This document shows, one piece after another, positions 1 to 8,389 of a stretch of 64,000 bases of DNA. The notes below the pieces were generated by a model. It was not told the DNA's origin and did no database searches. It worked only from the letters and a program-made list of their open reading frames with translations. A program made the translations under genes and the position numbers. This DNA is from an uncultured Syntrophaceae bacterium (GTDB lineage Bacteria; Desulfobacterota; Syntrophia; Syntrophales; PHBD01), in the NCBI GenBank assembly GCA_964578535.1, contig CAZODI010000012.1, forward strand, positions 20,183 through 84,182. Direction: 5' to 3'. Numbering within the stretch: position 1 is the stretch's first letter; the number at the start of each line of letters is the position of its first letter.

Positions 1-135
1 CGATTTGGTATCTTAAATCCGGAGAACCTGTCAATGAAATTTTCAAAACCCGCGCCAGTGTTGGAACAGCGGCGCCCCATCTTTCTGTAACCGGTCAGTC
101 CGTGAATTTTACAGGCATATCCCACGGCGGATTTC

Positions 136-894
136 TCAGTCGTCCGGGCAGGCGGGAGCGGTCTTCCGGAAGTAGCGGATTCCCGTCACGATGAGAACCG
201 CGGCGAAGACAACCCTGAGGATGTGCTCCGGCAGGAAAGCGGCCACGATGCCGCCCGCTACCGTCCCGGCCAGGATTCCCGGGATGAGCCCCGGGAGAAC
301 GGTTTTCTTGACGCTGCCGAGGCGCCAGTGGGCCCAGGCCCCGATGGCACTGACCGGAACCATGGCGAGAAGCGAGCTGCCCTGGGCCGGCTGCTGATCG
401 AACCCTGCCAGGAGAACCATGAAGGCGATCATGATCGCCCCGCCGCCCACGCCCATCAGCCCCGACAGGAACCCCGTGACGGCCCCGCCGGCCAGGAGAA
501 CGGCGGCCCAGATCCAGTCCCTCGCCGAGGCCGCCGTCAGCGTGAAAAGCCAGGGCTTCGCCAGGAGCAGCGCCGAAGAGATGATCAGAAACAACCCGAA
601 GGCGTGCAGGAGATTCCGCTCCGGCATGGTCCTGCAGAGCCGGGCCCCCGCGCGGATGGGCCAGAACGCCCCCGCCGCCAGGAGCAGGGCCGCCGTCCAG
701 TCCACGTGGTCGAAAAAGGCGTAGGTTGCCGCGCCGGCGATCCCGGTAAAGACGACCGCCACGAGGCTGGTGCCGTGGCAGACATGCTGGGGCAGCTTCA
801 GGAAGCGGCCCATCAGCGGGATCATCAGGACGCCGCCGCCCATCCCCACCATGCCGCCGAAGACACCGGAAACCAGGCCGATCCAGAAGTTCAT
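136..894 (-). CDS. TauE/SafE (DUF81) family membrane permease
   Basis: 252-aa ORF with ATG start. It is polytopic and hydrophobic, with two internal halves that each carry a glycine-rich segment (GGMVGMGGGVLMIP and GLMGVGGGAIMIA), as in TauE/SafE anion exporters. Confidence 0.8.
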   Translation of the reverse strand: MNFWIGLVSGVFGGMVGMGGGVLMIPLMGRFLKLPQHVCHGTSLVAVVFTGIAGAATYAFFDHVDWTAALLLAAGAFWPIRAGARLCRTMPERNLLHAFGLFLIISSALLLAKPWLFTLTAASARDWIWAAVLLAGGAVTGFLSGLMGVGGGAIMIAFMVLLAGFDQQPAQGSSLLAMVPVSAIGAWAHWRLGSVKKTVLPGLIPGILAGTVAGGIVAAFLPEHILRVVFAAVLIVTGIRYFRKTAPACPDD

Positions 895-954
895 GCCAGC
901 CGCCGCCGTTTCATATTTTCTCCGGAATCCGTTGCCGCACAGGCCTTCCGGCCG

Positions 955-1611
955 TCAGCGGCTTCTCGATACGCCGACCCGATCGCAGAACGGACCGACG
1001 GGACAGCGGGTGCAGAGAGGCGAGACGGGCTTGCAGACGGTCCTGCCGAAGGCCACCATCAGCGTGTTGTAGCGGCTCCACCAGCGGACGGGCAGTTTCG
1101 CCCGGAGGGCCGTCTCCGTCTCCTCCGGTGTCTTCGTCGCCACGTATCCCAGCCGGTTCGAGATCCGGTGGACGTGAGTGTCCACGCAGATGCCGTCGAT
1201 CCCGTATCCCAGCGAGAGGACCAGGTTCGCGGTCTTCCGGCCGACGCCCTTGAGGCTCAGGAGGTCCTCCATCGTGTCGGGCACCCGCCCCCCGAAGCGT
1301 TCGATCAGGTCCCGGCAGACGGTGTGAATCGTCCGGGCCTTTGTCCGGTAGAAGCCGACGGGAAAGACGGTCCGGGCAATGGTCTCCTCGGGAAGGGCCA
1401 GCATCTTCGCGGGGGTGTCGGCCAGGCGGAAGAGGCGATCGGAAGCCTCCGCGGTCACCTCGTCCTTGGTGCGGAGGCTGAGGAGGGTGGAAATCAAAAG
1501 CAGGAAGGGATCGGCATGATCGTCGGCGAGGGCGGAGACGATGGGCATGTCCCAGCCGGGAAGGTTCTTCTCCAGGATGGCGAGGATTTTCGTGATGGCC
1601 CGATCGTTCAC
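955..1611 (-). CDS. nth: endonuclease III (DNA glycosylase/AP lyase)
   Basis: 218 aa with a GTG start and GAGG 6 nt upstream. HhH-GPD motif LLSLKGVGRKTANLVL, DTHVHR, and a C-terminal 4Fe-4S loop CKPVSPLCTRCPVGPFC (Cx6Cx2Cx5C). Confidence 0.9.
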   Translation of the reverse strand: MNDRAITKILAILEKNLPGWDMPIVSALADDHADPFLLLISTLLSLRTKDEVTAEASDRLFRLADTPAKMLALPEETIARTVFPVGFYRTKARTIHTVCRDLIERFGGRVPDTMEDLLSLKGVGRKTANLVLSLGYGIDGICVDTHVHRISNRLGYVATKTPEETETALRAKLPVRWWSRYNTLMVAFGRTVCKPVSPLCTRCPVGPFCDRVGVSRSR

Positions 1612-1620
1612 GGGAGACCT

Positions 1621-1672
1621 CGCTTTTCAGAAAAGGGGGCAGATTTGAAATCCGCCCCCTTTATATGTTTTC
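1621..1672. terminator. intrinsic-terminator-like hairpin downstream of fdhE (bidirectional appearance)
   Basis: GGGGGCAGATT-TGA-AATCCGCCCCC (1635-1659, one mismatch), flanked by a run that reads T-rich on either strand (AAAA upstream, TTTATATGTTTTC downstream). The core is related to the hairpins at 24047 and 24539. Confidence 0.5.
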
Positions 1673-1720
1673 ACAACGAAGCATCCGGCCAATTTCCAAA
1701 GCCGCTACTCTTCACCCCAA

Positions 1721-1843
1721 GCGACCCTGCAAAATGCGCGCAGGCAAGGCGCGCGAGTCGTAAGGAGGGAGGCGTACCCCTGTGTACGCCGCACCGACGA
1801 GGGACAATGCGCAACGCAGCATCCGCGCATTTTCCAGGGTCGC
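1721..1843. repeat. 123-bp palindromic extragenic element with 20-bp terminal inverted repeats
   Basis: Left arm GCGACCCTGCAAAATGCGCG (1721-1740) pairs with right arm CGCGCATTTTCCAGGGTCGC (1824-1843), 19/20 complementary. The right arm abuts the fdhE stop codon. The terminal 11-mer CGACCCTGCAA recurs (reverse complement) at 24432-24442. Confidence 0.5.
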
Positions 1844-2685
1844 TACTCGTAGCCTTCCTCGTTGGCCAGTATGTCGAGATGGAGCGTCGCAATATCCTCC
1901 ACGTCCAGGTTGGCCTCCTTCTTCAGCTCCCGGAAGTCCACCATCTTGATGTAGCGCTTGCAGACGTTGCAGACATCGACCCGGTAGCGCTCCTCCCCTT
2001 CGACGGTGAAATAGGCAAGGCTGTCGTGCTCCTCGTTTCCGCAGAAGGGGCACTTGATGCGGCGGAAGTTCCATTCGTACCCGCACTGGCTGCAGAACAG
2101 GTAGCGGAACCCCTCCTCCTGCCGGATCTCGCCGATCTTGGGCTCCTTGCCGCAGACGGGGCAATAGCCTTCCGTCCAGTTGGCAGCGGCGATCCGGCTT
2201 CCGTAGCGGGCGGCCTGACGGGAGAGGAACGGGCGAAGGCTCTCCTCCAGGAACAGGTCGATGAGATCGAAGGTCTCGCTGTCCGCCCCCTCCTCTTCGC
2301 CCTGATCCTCGTCGGCATCGTCCGGGGCAAAGGAGCGGTGGATCAGGTCCTCGAAATCGATCTCGCCGTCCCGGATCCTCCGGGCCACGTCCCCCGTCTC
2401 CCCCGGAACGCGCCGCTCGGCGATCTCGAGGAGCTCAAGGAAGTATTCCTTCGGCCGGGAAAGATCATACGAGCCGCCGAGCACGTCCACCAGGGGAAAT
2501 CCCCCCCCGATCTTGGACTCGACGAGCCGCTCGTCCAGGGAAAACGTTTCTTCGTCCATCTCCTGGAGATACTTTTCCCGGAGGATGAGGATATCTCCGA
2601 GGATGTCCAGGAGCTCCTCGTAGTGAGGCGACTCCTTCTTATATTCTTCAATGGTTTTAAGTGCTTCTTTCAGTTTCTGCGGCAT
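1843..2685 (-). CDS. fdhE: formate dehydrogenase accessory protein FdhE
   Basis: The real gene is the C-terminal 280 aa of a 517-aa ORF, starting at ATG 2685 (MPQKLKEALK). It has four CxxC pairs in FdhE spacing: CPVCG, CSQCG, CPFCG, CNVCKRYIK. Confidence 0.85.
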   Translation of the reverse strand: MPQKLKEALKTIEEYKKESPHYEELLDILGDILILREKYLQEMDEETFSLDERLVESKIGGGFPLVDVLGGSYDLSRPKEYFLELLEIAERRVPGETGDVARRIRDGEIDFEDLIHRSFAPDDADEDQGEEEGADSETFDLIDLFLEESLRPFLSRQAARYGSRIAAANWTEGYCPVCGKEPKIGEIRQEEGFRYLFCSQCGYEWNFRRIKCPFCGNEEHDSLAYFTVEGEERYRVDVCNVCKRYIKMVDFRELKKEANLDVEDIATLHLDILANEEGYE

Positions 2686-2815
2686 GTGCCGGGTCCTTTC
2701 CGAAATTTCGTTGAGCGGTGTATATAACCTTTCCCCCGGGAGTTCAAGAAAAGTTCCCGCGAGAGATTTCAAGGAGATAGGCTTTCTGCGGCATCGTTGA
2801 CCGGACAAGGCGGGA

Positions 2816-4198
2816 ATGGTAGGAAGCCTTTTGGAAAGGACGGGCGGAATGAAGAAGAAGGAACGCGGGGAGTCTCCGGAGGAGCACCCCATCGTCGTGG
2901 TCGGAGCCGGCGCGGGAGGAATGATGGCGGCTGGCCGGGCGGCCGAATGCGGCCGGGCGGTGATGCTTCTGGAAAAGACGGACCAGCCGGGGAGGAAGAT
3001 CCTGGTCAGCGGCAAGGGCCGCTGCAACCTGTCGAACACGAAAGAGCTCCGGGACTTCATCGCCATGTTCGGGGAGAACGGGCCTTTTCTCCACGGTGCC
3101 TTCCGGCGCTTCTTCCGGGAGGAATTGCTGGATCTCCTGGGGCGCTTCGGCCTCGAGACCAAGAGCGAACGGGGAGGGAGAATCTTCCCCGCCTCCGACC
3201 GCGCCGCCGACGTCGTAGAGGCCCTCCGCCGGTACCTGTCCGCGGGAGGCGTGCAGGTCCGGACCCGCACCCGGGTCTCCGGGCTGCGCCTGGAAGGCAG
3301 CCACGTGGCCGGCGTCGAGACGGAGGCGGGATGGATCCCCGCCCGGGCCGTCATCCTGGCGGCCGGCGGATCCACCTGGCCGGCCACGGGATCCACCGGC
3401 GACGGCTATGCCATAGCCCGTGCCGCCGGCCACACCCTCGTCCCGCTCCGACCCGCCCTGGTGCCCCTCGTCGTCGAGGAGACCGGCACCGCCCGGTCCA
3501 TGCAGGGCGTCAGCCTGCGGAACGTGCGACTCACCGCGTACGCCTGCCGGGCCGGGGAGATCCGGGAGGACCGGGAACCGGCCCGGGATGTTGGACGGGG
3601 CATCCCGGGGAAAAAGCCGTCCGGGCGGATCATCGAGAGTCGCATGGGCGAGATGATGCTGACCCACTTCGGGATCGGCGGACCCGTCACGCTGCTCATG
3701 AGCCTGGCCGTGGTGGACGCCCTGAAGCAGGGCCCCGTCTCGGTGGCCGTCGACTTCAAGCCCGCCCTGACCCGGGAGCAGCTCCGGGACCGCCTCCAGC
3801 GAGACCTGGACCGCCATGGAAAGAGATCCGCCACCCGGATCCTGGAGGGGCTCCTGCCCCGGAAGGCCGCCGGGGCCTTCCTCGAGCGGTGGGGCATCGC
3901 CCCGGACCGGCAGGCCGGCCAGGTGACGGCGTCGGAGCGGGACGCACTCCTGGGCCTCCTGAAGTCCTTCCGCTTCAACATCCGCAGCTCCCTCCCCATG
4001 TCCGCCGCCATCGTCACCGCCGGGGGCATTTCCCTCAAGGAAGTGAACCCCCGGACCATGGCGTCCCGTCTCGTGGAAGGGCTTTTCTTCTGCGGCGAGA
4101 TCCTGGACCTGGACGCCGACACGGGGGGGTACAACCTCCAGGCCGCCTTCTCCACGGGATACGTGGCCGGAGAGTCAGCGGCGAGCGCAACCTTTTGA
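2816..4198 (+). CDS. HI0933/BaiN-family NAD(P)/FAD-dependent oxidoreductase
   Basis: 460 aa. Dinucleotide fold VVVGAGAGGMMAAG, family motifs KILVSGKGRCNLSN and GGSTWPATGSTGDGY, and C-terminal FCGEILDLDADTGGYNLQAAFSTG. An alternative start is ATG 2849 (MKKKERG), which has an AAGGA RBS. Confidence 0.85.
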   Translation: MVGSLLERTGGMKKKERGESPEEHPIVVVGAGAGGMMAAGRAAECGRAVMLLEKTDQPGRKILVSGKGRCNLSNTKELRDFIAMFGENGPFLHGAFRRFFREELLDLLGRFGLETKSERGGRIFPASDRAADVVEALRRYLSAGGVQVRTRTRVSGLRLEGSHVAGVETEAGWIPARAVILAAGGSTWPATGSTGDGYAIARAAGHTLVPLRPALVPLVVEETGTARSMQGVSLRNVRLTAYACRAGEIREDREPARDVGRGIPGKKPSGRIIESRMGEMMLTHFGIGGPVTLLMSLAVVDALKQGPVSVAVDFKPALTREQLRDRLQRDLDRHGKRSATRILEGLLPRKAAGAFLERWGIAPDRQAGQVTASERDALLGLLKSFRFNIRSSLPMSAAIVTAGGISLKEVNPRTMASRLVEGLFFCGEILDLDADTGGYNLQAAFSTGYVAGESAASATF

Positions 4199-4383
4199 TA
4201 TATTTTCTGATTCAACGAGACAACAATTTATTGTCAAAACGCCGGGAAACGGTTATAGGCGGGGGCCGGGACGCTGGACGTGCCCGGAAACAGGTCGGGA
4301 AAATCCGATTGTCAGCCGAAGACGTGATGCGCAGCGGGGGGGACGGGCGCAATCGCGGAAGATATGGGTGCAAGGAGAGAGCC

Positions 4384-6180
4384 ATGTACAAGTATGACAA
4401 ACCGGATAACCTCGTGGAGCTCATTGAGGAAAGTGTCAGGAAGTATGCGGGAAACCGCATGTTCGGAACGAAAAACAAGGAAGGGGTCTACGAGTGGGTC
4501 ACCTATGGAGAAGTGGGGCGCCGCGTGGACAACCTGCGGGGAGGACTTGCCCAGATCGGCATCGGCAAGGGGGACGCCGTCGGGCTCATCGCCAACAACC
4601 GGGTGGAGTGGGTTGTGGCGGCCTTCGCCACGTACGGCCTCGGCGGTCAGTTCATCCCGATGTACGAGGCGGAGCTCCTCCACATCTGGAAGTACATCAT
4701 CGCCGACAGCCAGGTGAAGGTCCTGTTCGTCTCCAAGCCGGAGATCTACGAGAAGATCAAGAATTTCCCGAACGAGATCTCGTCCCTCCAGAGCATCTAT
4801 CTCATCGATGACACCGGAGAGGGGACCATGGAGGCCCTGGAGCGGATCGGGGAGAAGAACCCCATCCCCTCGATCCGGCCCACGCCGGAAGATGTGGCCG
4901 TCCTGATCTACACCTCCGGCACGACGGGAGACCCGAAGGGGGTTCTCCTGACCCACGGCAACTTCACCAGCAATCTCCTGGGAGGAATCGCCAAGTACCC
5001 CGAACTGAGCGAGAAGGACGTGACGCTCGCCATTCTCCCCTGGGCCCACTCCTACGGCCAGACGGGCGAGCTGTACGCCATGATCCACATGGGAGCCTCC
5101 ATGGGCCTGGCGGAAAGCCCCGCCACCATCGCGCAGGACATCCTGGCGGTCAAGCCGACCTGGCTCGTTGCCGTTCCCCGCGTCTTCAACCGCATCTATG
5201 ACGGCATAACAACGAAAATGAGGGAGGAGGGCGGCCTCGCGAAGGCCCTCTTCGACATGGGCGTGGCGGCGGCAAAGAAAAAGAGGGAGCTGGCGGCCCA
5301 GGGGAAGTCCGATTTCCTCACGAACATCAAGTTCGCCATCGCCGACAAGATCGTCTTCTCCAAGATCCGCGAAAAGCTGGGCGGCCGCCTGAAGGGCTCC
5401 ATGACCGCCAGCGCCGCCATGAACGTGGACATCGCCTACTTCTTCTACGACATCGGCGTCCCCGTCTACGACTGCTACGGTATGACGGAGACCTCCCCGG
5501 CGATCGCCATGAACGCCTCCTATGCCTTCCGTTTCGGGAGCGTCGGCCAGGCCATCAACAATGTGAAGATCGTTATCGATTCATCGGTCGTGGAGCCGGG
5601 GGCGACGGACGGAGAGATCATCGCCTACGGGCCCAACGTCATGAAGGGGTATCACAACAAGCCCGATGCCACCCGGGAGGTCCTGATGCCGGACGGGGGG
5701 CTCCGGACGGGCGACCGCGGCCGCCTCGACAAGGACGGCTTCCTTTACATCACCGGCCGCATCAAGGAGCAGTTCAAGCTGGAGAACGGGAAATTCGTCT
5801 TCCCCGCGGCCCTGGAAGAGGACATCTGCCTCGTTCCCTGGGTGGCCAACTGCGTCATTTACGGTGAAAACAGGCCCTTCAACGTGTGCCTCGTGGTTCC
5901 GGAAATCCCGGCCCTTCAGCGCTGGGCGGAACAGAAGGGGCTGCCGGCGGACCCGAAAAGCCTTGTCGAAAATGCCGAGGCGAAGGCCTTTATCGCCGCG
6001 GAAATCACCAACTCCCTGAAGGGAAAATACGGAGGGTACGAGATCCCGAAAAGGTACCTCCTGCTGGAGGAAAACTTCACCCTGGAGAACGGGATGCTCA
6101 CCCAGACGATGAAGCTCAAGCGACGGGTGGTCCTCAAGAAGTACATGGACGCCATCGAGGCGCTCTACCGGGAAGGCTGA
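4384..6180 (+). CDS. long-chain acyl-CoA synthetase (AMP-forming ligase)
   Basis: 598 aa starting at ATG 4384, inside a longer 1127-aa ORF. AMP-binding signature IYTSGTTGDPKGV, then YGMTE and TGDRG...GRIKEQFKLENGK. Confidence 0.9.
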   Translation: MYKYDKPDNLVELIEESVRKYAGNRMFGTKNKEGVYEWVTYGEVGRRVDNLRGGLAQIGIGKGDAVGLIANNRVEWVVAAFATYGLGGQFIPMYEAELLHIWKYIIADSQVKVLFVSKPEIYEKIKNFPNEISSLQSIYLIDDTGEGTMEALERIGEKNPIPSIRPTPEDVAVLIYTSGTTGDPKGVLLTHGNFTSNLLGGIAKYPELSEKDVTLAILPWAHSYGQTGELYAMIHMGASMGLAESPATIAQDILAVKPTWLVAVPRVFNRIYDGITTKMREEGGLAKALFDMGVAAAKKKRELAAQGKSDFLTNIKFAIADKIVFSKIREKLGGRLKGSMTASAAMNVDIAYFFYDIGVPVYDCYGMTETSPAIAMNASYAFRFGSVGQAINNVKIVIDSSVVEPGATDGEIIAYGPNVMKGYHNKPDATREVLMPDGGLRTGDRGRLDKDGFLYITGRIKEQFKLENGKFVFPAALEEDICLVPWVANCVIYGENRPFNVCLVVPEIPALQRWAEQKGLPADPKSLVENAEAKAFIAAEITNSLKGKYGGYEIPKRYLLLEENFTLENGMLTQTMKLKRRVVLKKYMDAIEALYREG

Positions 6181-6248
6181 TCATCCGGGATCGCCCGCGG
6201 CCGGATTTCTCCCGCCGCGGGCGAAAGCCCTCCCGGGGTACAAGGCAC

Positions 6249-6446
6249 ATGAGCATGCCCGAATCGGAAGAAAAGGAAACCGCGCCCGAATCCGCCGAAT
6301 CCTCCACAACCCCGGATCCGGAAGAGGACTTCTGGAACTGCAAGGGCCGGTGCGGCTACACCCGCTGGTGTGCCGCCTGCATGGCGGAGCGGAAGAAGGC
6401 CGAGCTCGAGGAGGAGCGGCGGCGTTACGAGAGCGGCGACGATTAA
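6249..6446 (+). CDS. small acidic Cys-rich hypothetical protein (65 aa)
   Basis: ATG 6249. Third-position GC-rich codon usage matches neighbouring genes. Motif NCKGRCGYTRWCAACM (CxxxC...CxxC) is followed by a charged helix. I recognise no homolog. Confidence 0.35.
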   Translation: MSMPESEEKETAPESAESSTTPDPEEDFWNCKGRCGYTRWCAACMAERKKAELEEERRRYESGDD

Positions 6447-6471
6447 GACAGAAAATAGGTCACATAAAACT

Positions 6472-6524
6472 GGGGACACTTCCCAAATTTTTCCACGCGG
6501 CGGGAAAATATGGGAAGTGTCCCC
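6472..6524. terminator. perfect 14-bp stem hairpin between convergent genes
   Basis: GGGGACACTTCCCA (6472-6485) and TGGGAAGTGTCCCC (6511-6524) with a 25-nt loop. It sits 3 nt from the NUDIX stop codon, and a T-rich run follows on the minus strand (AGTTTTATGTG...TTTTCTG). Confidence 0.45.
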
Positions 6525-6527
6525 ATA

Positions 6528-7535
6528 TTAATGTTCTCGAGACTCGTAGCCCTGGGTTGCGTGAAACACGGCGCGGTCGAAGAAGATGACGATGCGCCGG
6601 TCCAGCTCCAGGGCCATGTAGATATCCAGCGTCTTCTGCCACATCCCCCGCGACAGGGCGAATTCCCAGAGGTGCTTCTTCACGAGGCTCAGCGAGCTCA
6701 GGACGTGGCTGAGCGGCACGCCCTCCCTCCTGCTCTGCCGTCCCAGGGCCGAGAAGAAATCCTTCACCTCCGCGTCCTCGCGGACGCCTCCCAGCCAGGC
6801 GCTGAAGCGGGACAGGATGTCGAGGACGCCCCCGAAAAGCCGCTCCCGGCCGAACAGGTGGTACCCGGCGGTGGTCCGGCTCGTCAGGGCCTCTTTCATC
6901 CACATGCGGGCGATCGATTCGGCGTTCTCCTCGATGACCTCGACAAGCCGGTCGGACAGCAGGTTCCGTCGTCCCTCCGCCGGCTCCTCCCCGACGGACT
7001 GGCGGAAGGAATCGACGATGGCCCAGTAGTCCGACTTGCTCCGGACAAAGGCCCCGATGGCCTTGCGGTTCGAAGGGAAGGCGATTCGCGGCAGATCGTC
7101 CGGAGGATAGTACCGGACCGCCGTCGTATCGCTCCCGGGCCGCAGGATACCGCCCGTCTGCTCCACCTCGAACGTCAGGAACAGAAGATCCCCGTAAAAG
7201 CGGCTCCTGTATGAATCCACATCCACCAGACCCGCGATTTTCCCTTTGATCCCCGCTTCTTCCTCCAACTCCCGGAGGACCGCCTCCTCGATGCTCTCCC
7301 CCGATTCGGCGAATCCCGTGGGAAGACACCACAATCCCCTGTAGGGGCGTTTCCCCCTCCGGACAAAGAGGAGCCAGCGGTCCATTGTCACGATGGCCGA
7401 GACGACGGGCAGCGGGTTCTCATAGAAAAAACGGCCGCAGGGACGGCAGTAATCCCGGTCGGTTCCCTCATCGTCCCTCTCGCGGACGATTCCCCCCCCG
7501 CAGACATGGCAGTAATGCCTTCGCGGCGTGCTCAT
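6528..7535 (-). CDS. zinc-ribbon / NUDIX hydrolase / C-terminal helical sensor-like domain fusion
   Basis: 335 aa from ATG 7535, inside a 571-aa ORF. N-terminal CHVCGG...CRPCG. NUDIX box GFAESGESIEEAVLRELEEEAGI. The C-terminal ~170 aa are helical and resemble RsbRD-N-type domains (weak call). Confidence 0.8.
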   Translation of the reverse strand: MSTPRRHYCHVCGGGIVRERDDEGTDRDYCRPCGRFFYENPLPVVSAIVTMDRWLLFVRRGKRPYRGLWCLPTGFAESGESIEEAVLRELEEEAGIKGKIAGLVDVDSYRSRFYGDLLFLTFEVEQTGGILRPGSDTTAVRYYPPDDLPRIAFPSNRKAIGAFVRSKSDYWAIVDSFRQSVGEEPAEGRRNLLSDRLVEVIEENAESIARMWMKEALTSRTTAGYHLFGRERLFGGVLDILSRFSAWLGGVREDAEVKDFFSALGRQSRREGVPLSHVLSSLSLVKKHLWEFALSRGMWQKTLDIYMALELDRRIVIFFDRAVFHATQGYESREH

Positions 7536-8389
7536 GTTCCGTCCTTTCGGGACCGCGGCTGCCGGCAGCGGAAGATTCGGTCGTTCTTGGACAGATGGAT
7601 GCTTCCGGTACTCCGGATCCAGCGCTGGAGCTCCTCCTCCAGAAGCTTTGTAACCTCCGGGACGGTGCGGGTGGTTCCGGTCAGAAGAAACGGGCTCTTG
7701 AAGTGGATGTACTGCAGGATCTGGGGAATGTCGGACGGCGGGAAAACCAAGGTGTTCCGGTAGTCCTGCGTCTCGACTTCCCCGAACCAGGGCGCCAGGA
7801 GATCCCGGCCGTTTTCCGCGGAAAACCGCGCCACAATGCTCTCCACGGGAAGGCGTCCCCCCGGGAGGTCGCCCTGCCGCGTCAGCGTTCTCCGGATCAG
7901 GTCTGCCAGCTCCCCCATGTTGTTCCGGTCGTGGGTGATGACAACAAACAGGCCGCCCGGCCGCAGAATCCGGGCGATCCCGGGAATGACCTCGGGAAAG
8001 AAATACAGGGCGAAGGAGCACAGGACCAGGTCGAAGCACGCCTCCGGGAAGCTCCGGATCACCGGGACTCCCTCCGGGAGGAAGCGTCCCCGGAGGCCCG
8101 CCCGGCGGCAGGCCTCCAGGAACGGCTCTTCGTAAGCCGCCACGATGTCCACCCCCGTAACGGAGGCGTCCGGCGCGACCCGCCCCTGCAGGGTCTCGGT
8201 GAAGGGGCCGAAGGCGCAACCCAGCTCCAGGATGTCGCGGCAATCCGAAAGATCGAGTCCCTCCAGCGCATAACGGCGGACATCCCGGCCGTTTGTCGAG
8301 TGGCTGCGGATGATCCCGGCAATGGCGCGATGGCCCGCCACATCCCTGAAAACACTCTGGACCGCTTCCGGATCCGGCCGCTCGTTCAC
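7532..8389 (-). CDS. class I SAM-dependent methyltransferase
   Basis: 285 aa. Motif I ILELGCAFGPF, post-I VTGVDI, and motif II/III region LRPGGLFVVITHD. Its stop overlaps the NUDIX start by 4 nt (ATGA). Confidence 0.8.
   Translation of the reverse strand: MNERPDPEAVQSVFRDVAGHRAIAGIIRSHSTNGRDVRRYALEGLDLSDCRDILELGCAFGPFTETLQGRVAPDASVTGVDIVAAYEEPFLEACRRAGLRGRFLPEGVPVIRSFPEACFDLVLCSFALYFFPEVIPGIARILRPGGLFVVITHDRNNMGELADLIRRTLTRQGDLPGGRLPVESIVARFSAENGRDLLAPWFGEVETQDYRNTLVFPPSDIPQILQYIHFKSPFLLTGTTRTVPEVTKLLEEELQRWIRSTGSIHLSKNDRIFRCRQPRSRKDGT

Noticed and set aside
223-2727. Very long ORFs running antisense or out of frame to recognisable genes: 223-2727(+), 17243-18352(-), 19736-21403(-), 22245-24581(-), 38329-40788(+), 47725-51243(-), 52787-56113(-), 57440-59044(-), 61364-63541(+), and many 60-450-aa ORFs rich in Arg/Pro/Gly/Ala.
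   Set aside because: These are typical shadow ORFs of GC-rich DNA. Their translations are low-complexity R/P/G/A strings with no motifs. Each overlaps, on another frame or strand, a gene with clear family signatures.
2797-4383. N-terminal extensions of track ORFs, where the listed ORF starts far upstream of the recognisable protein: 2797-6180, 1843-3396, 6528-8243, 31940-34003, 34074-36737, 43524-45377, 50148-52832, 52532-56068.
   Set aside because: The upstream parts overlap other real genes or are R/P/G-rich. Internal ATG/GTG/TTG codons with RBS-like purine tracts coincide with the conserved protein N-termini, so the shorter coordinates were reported.
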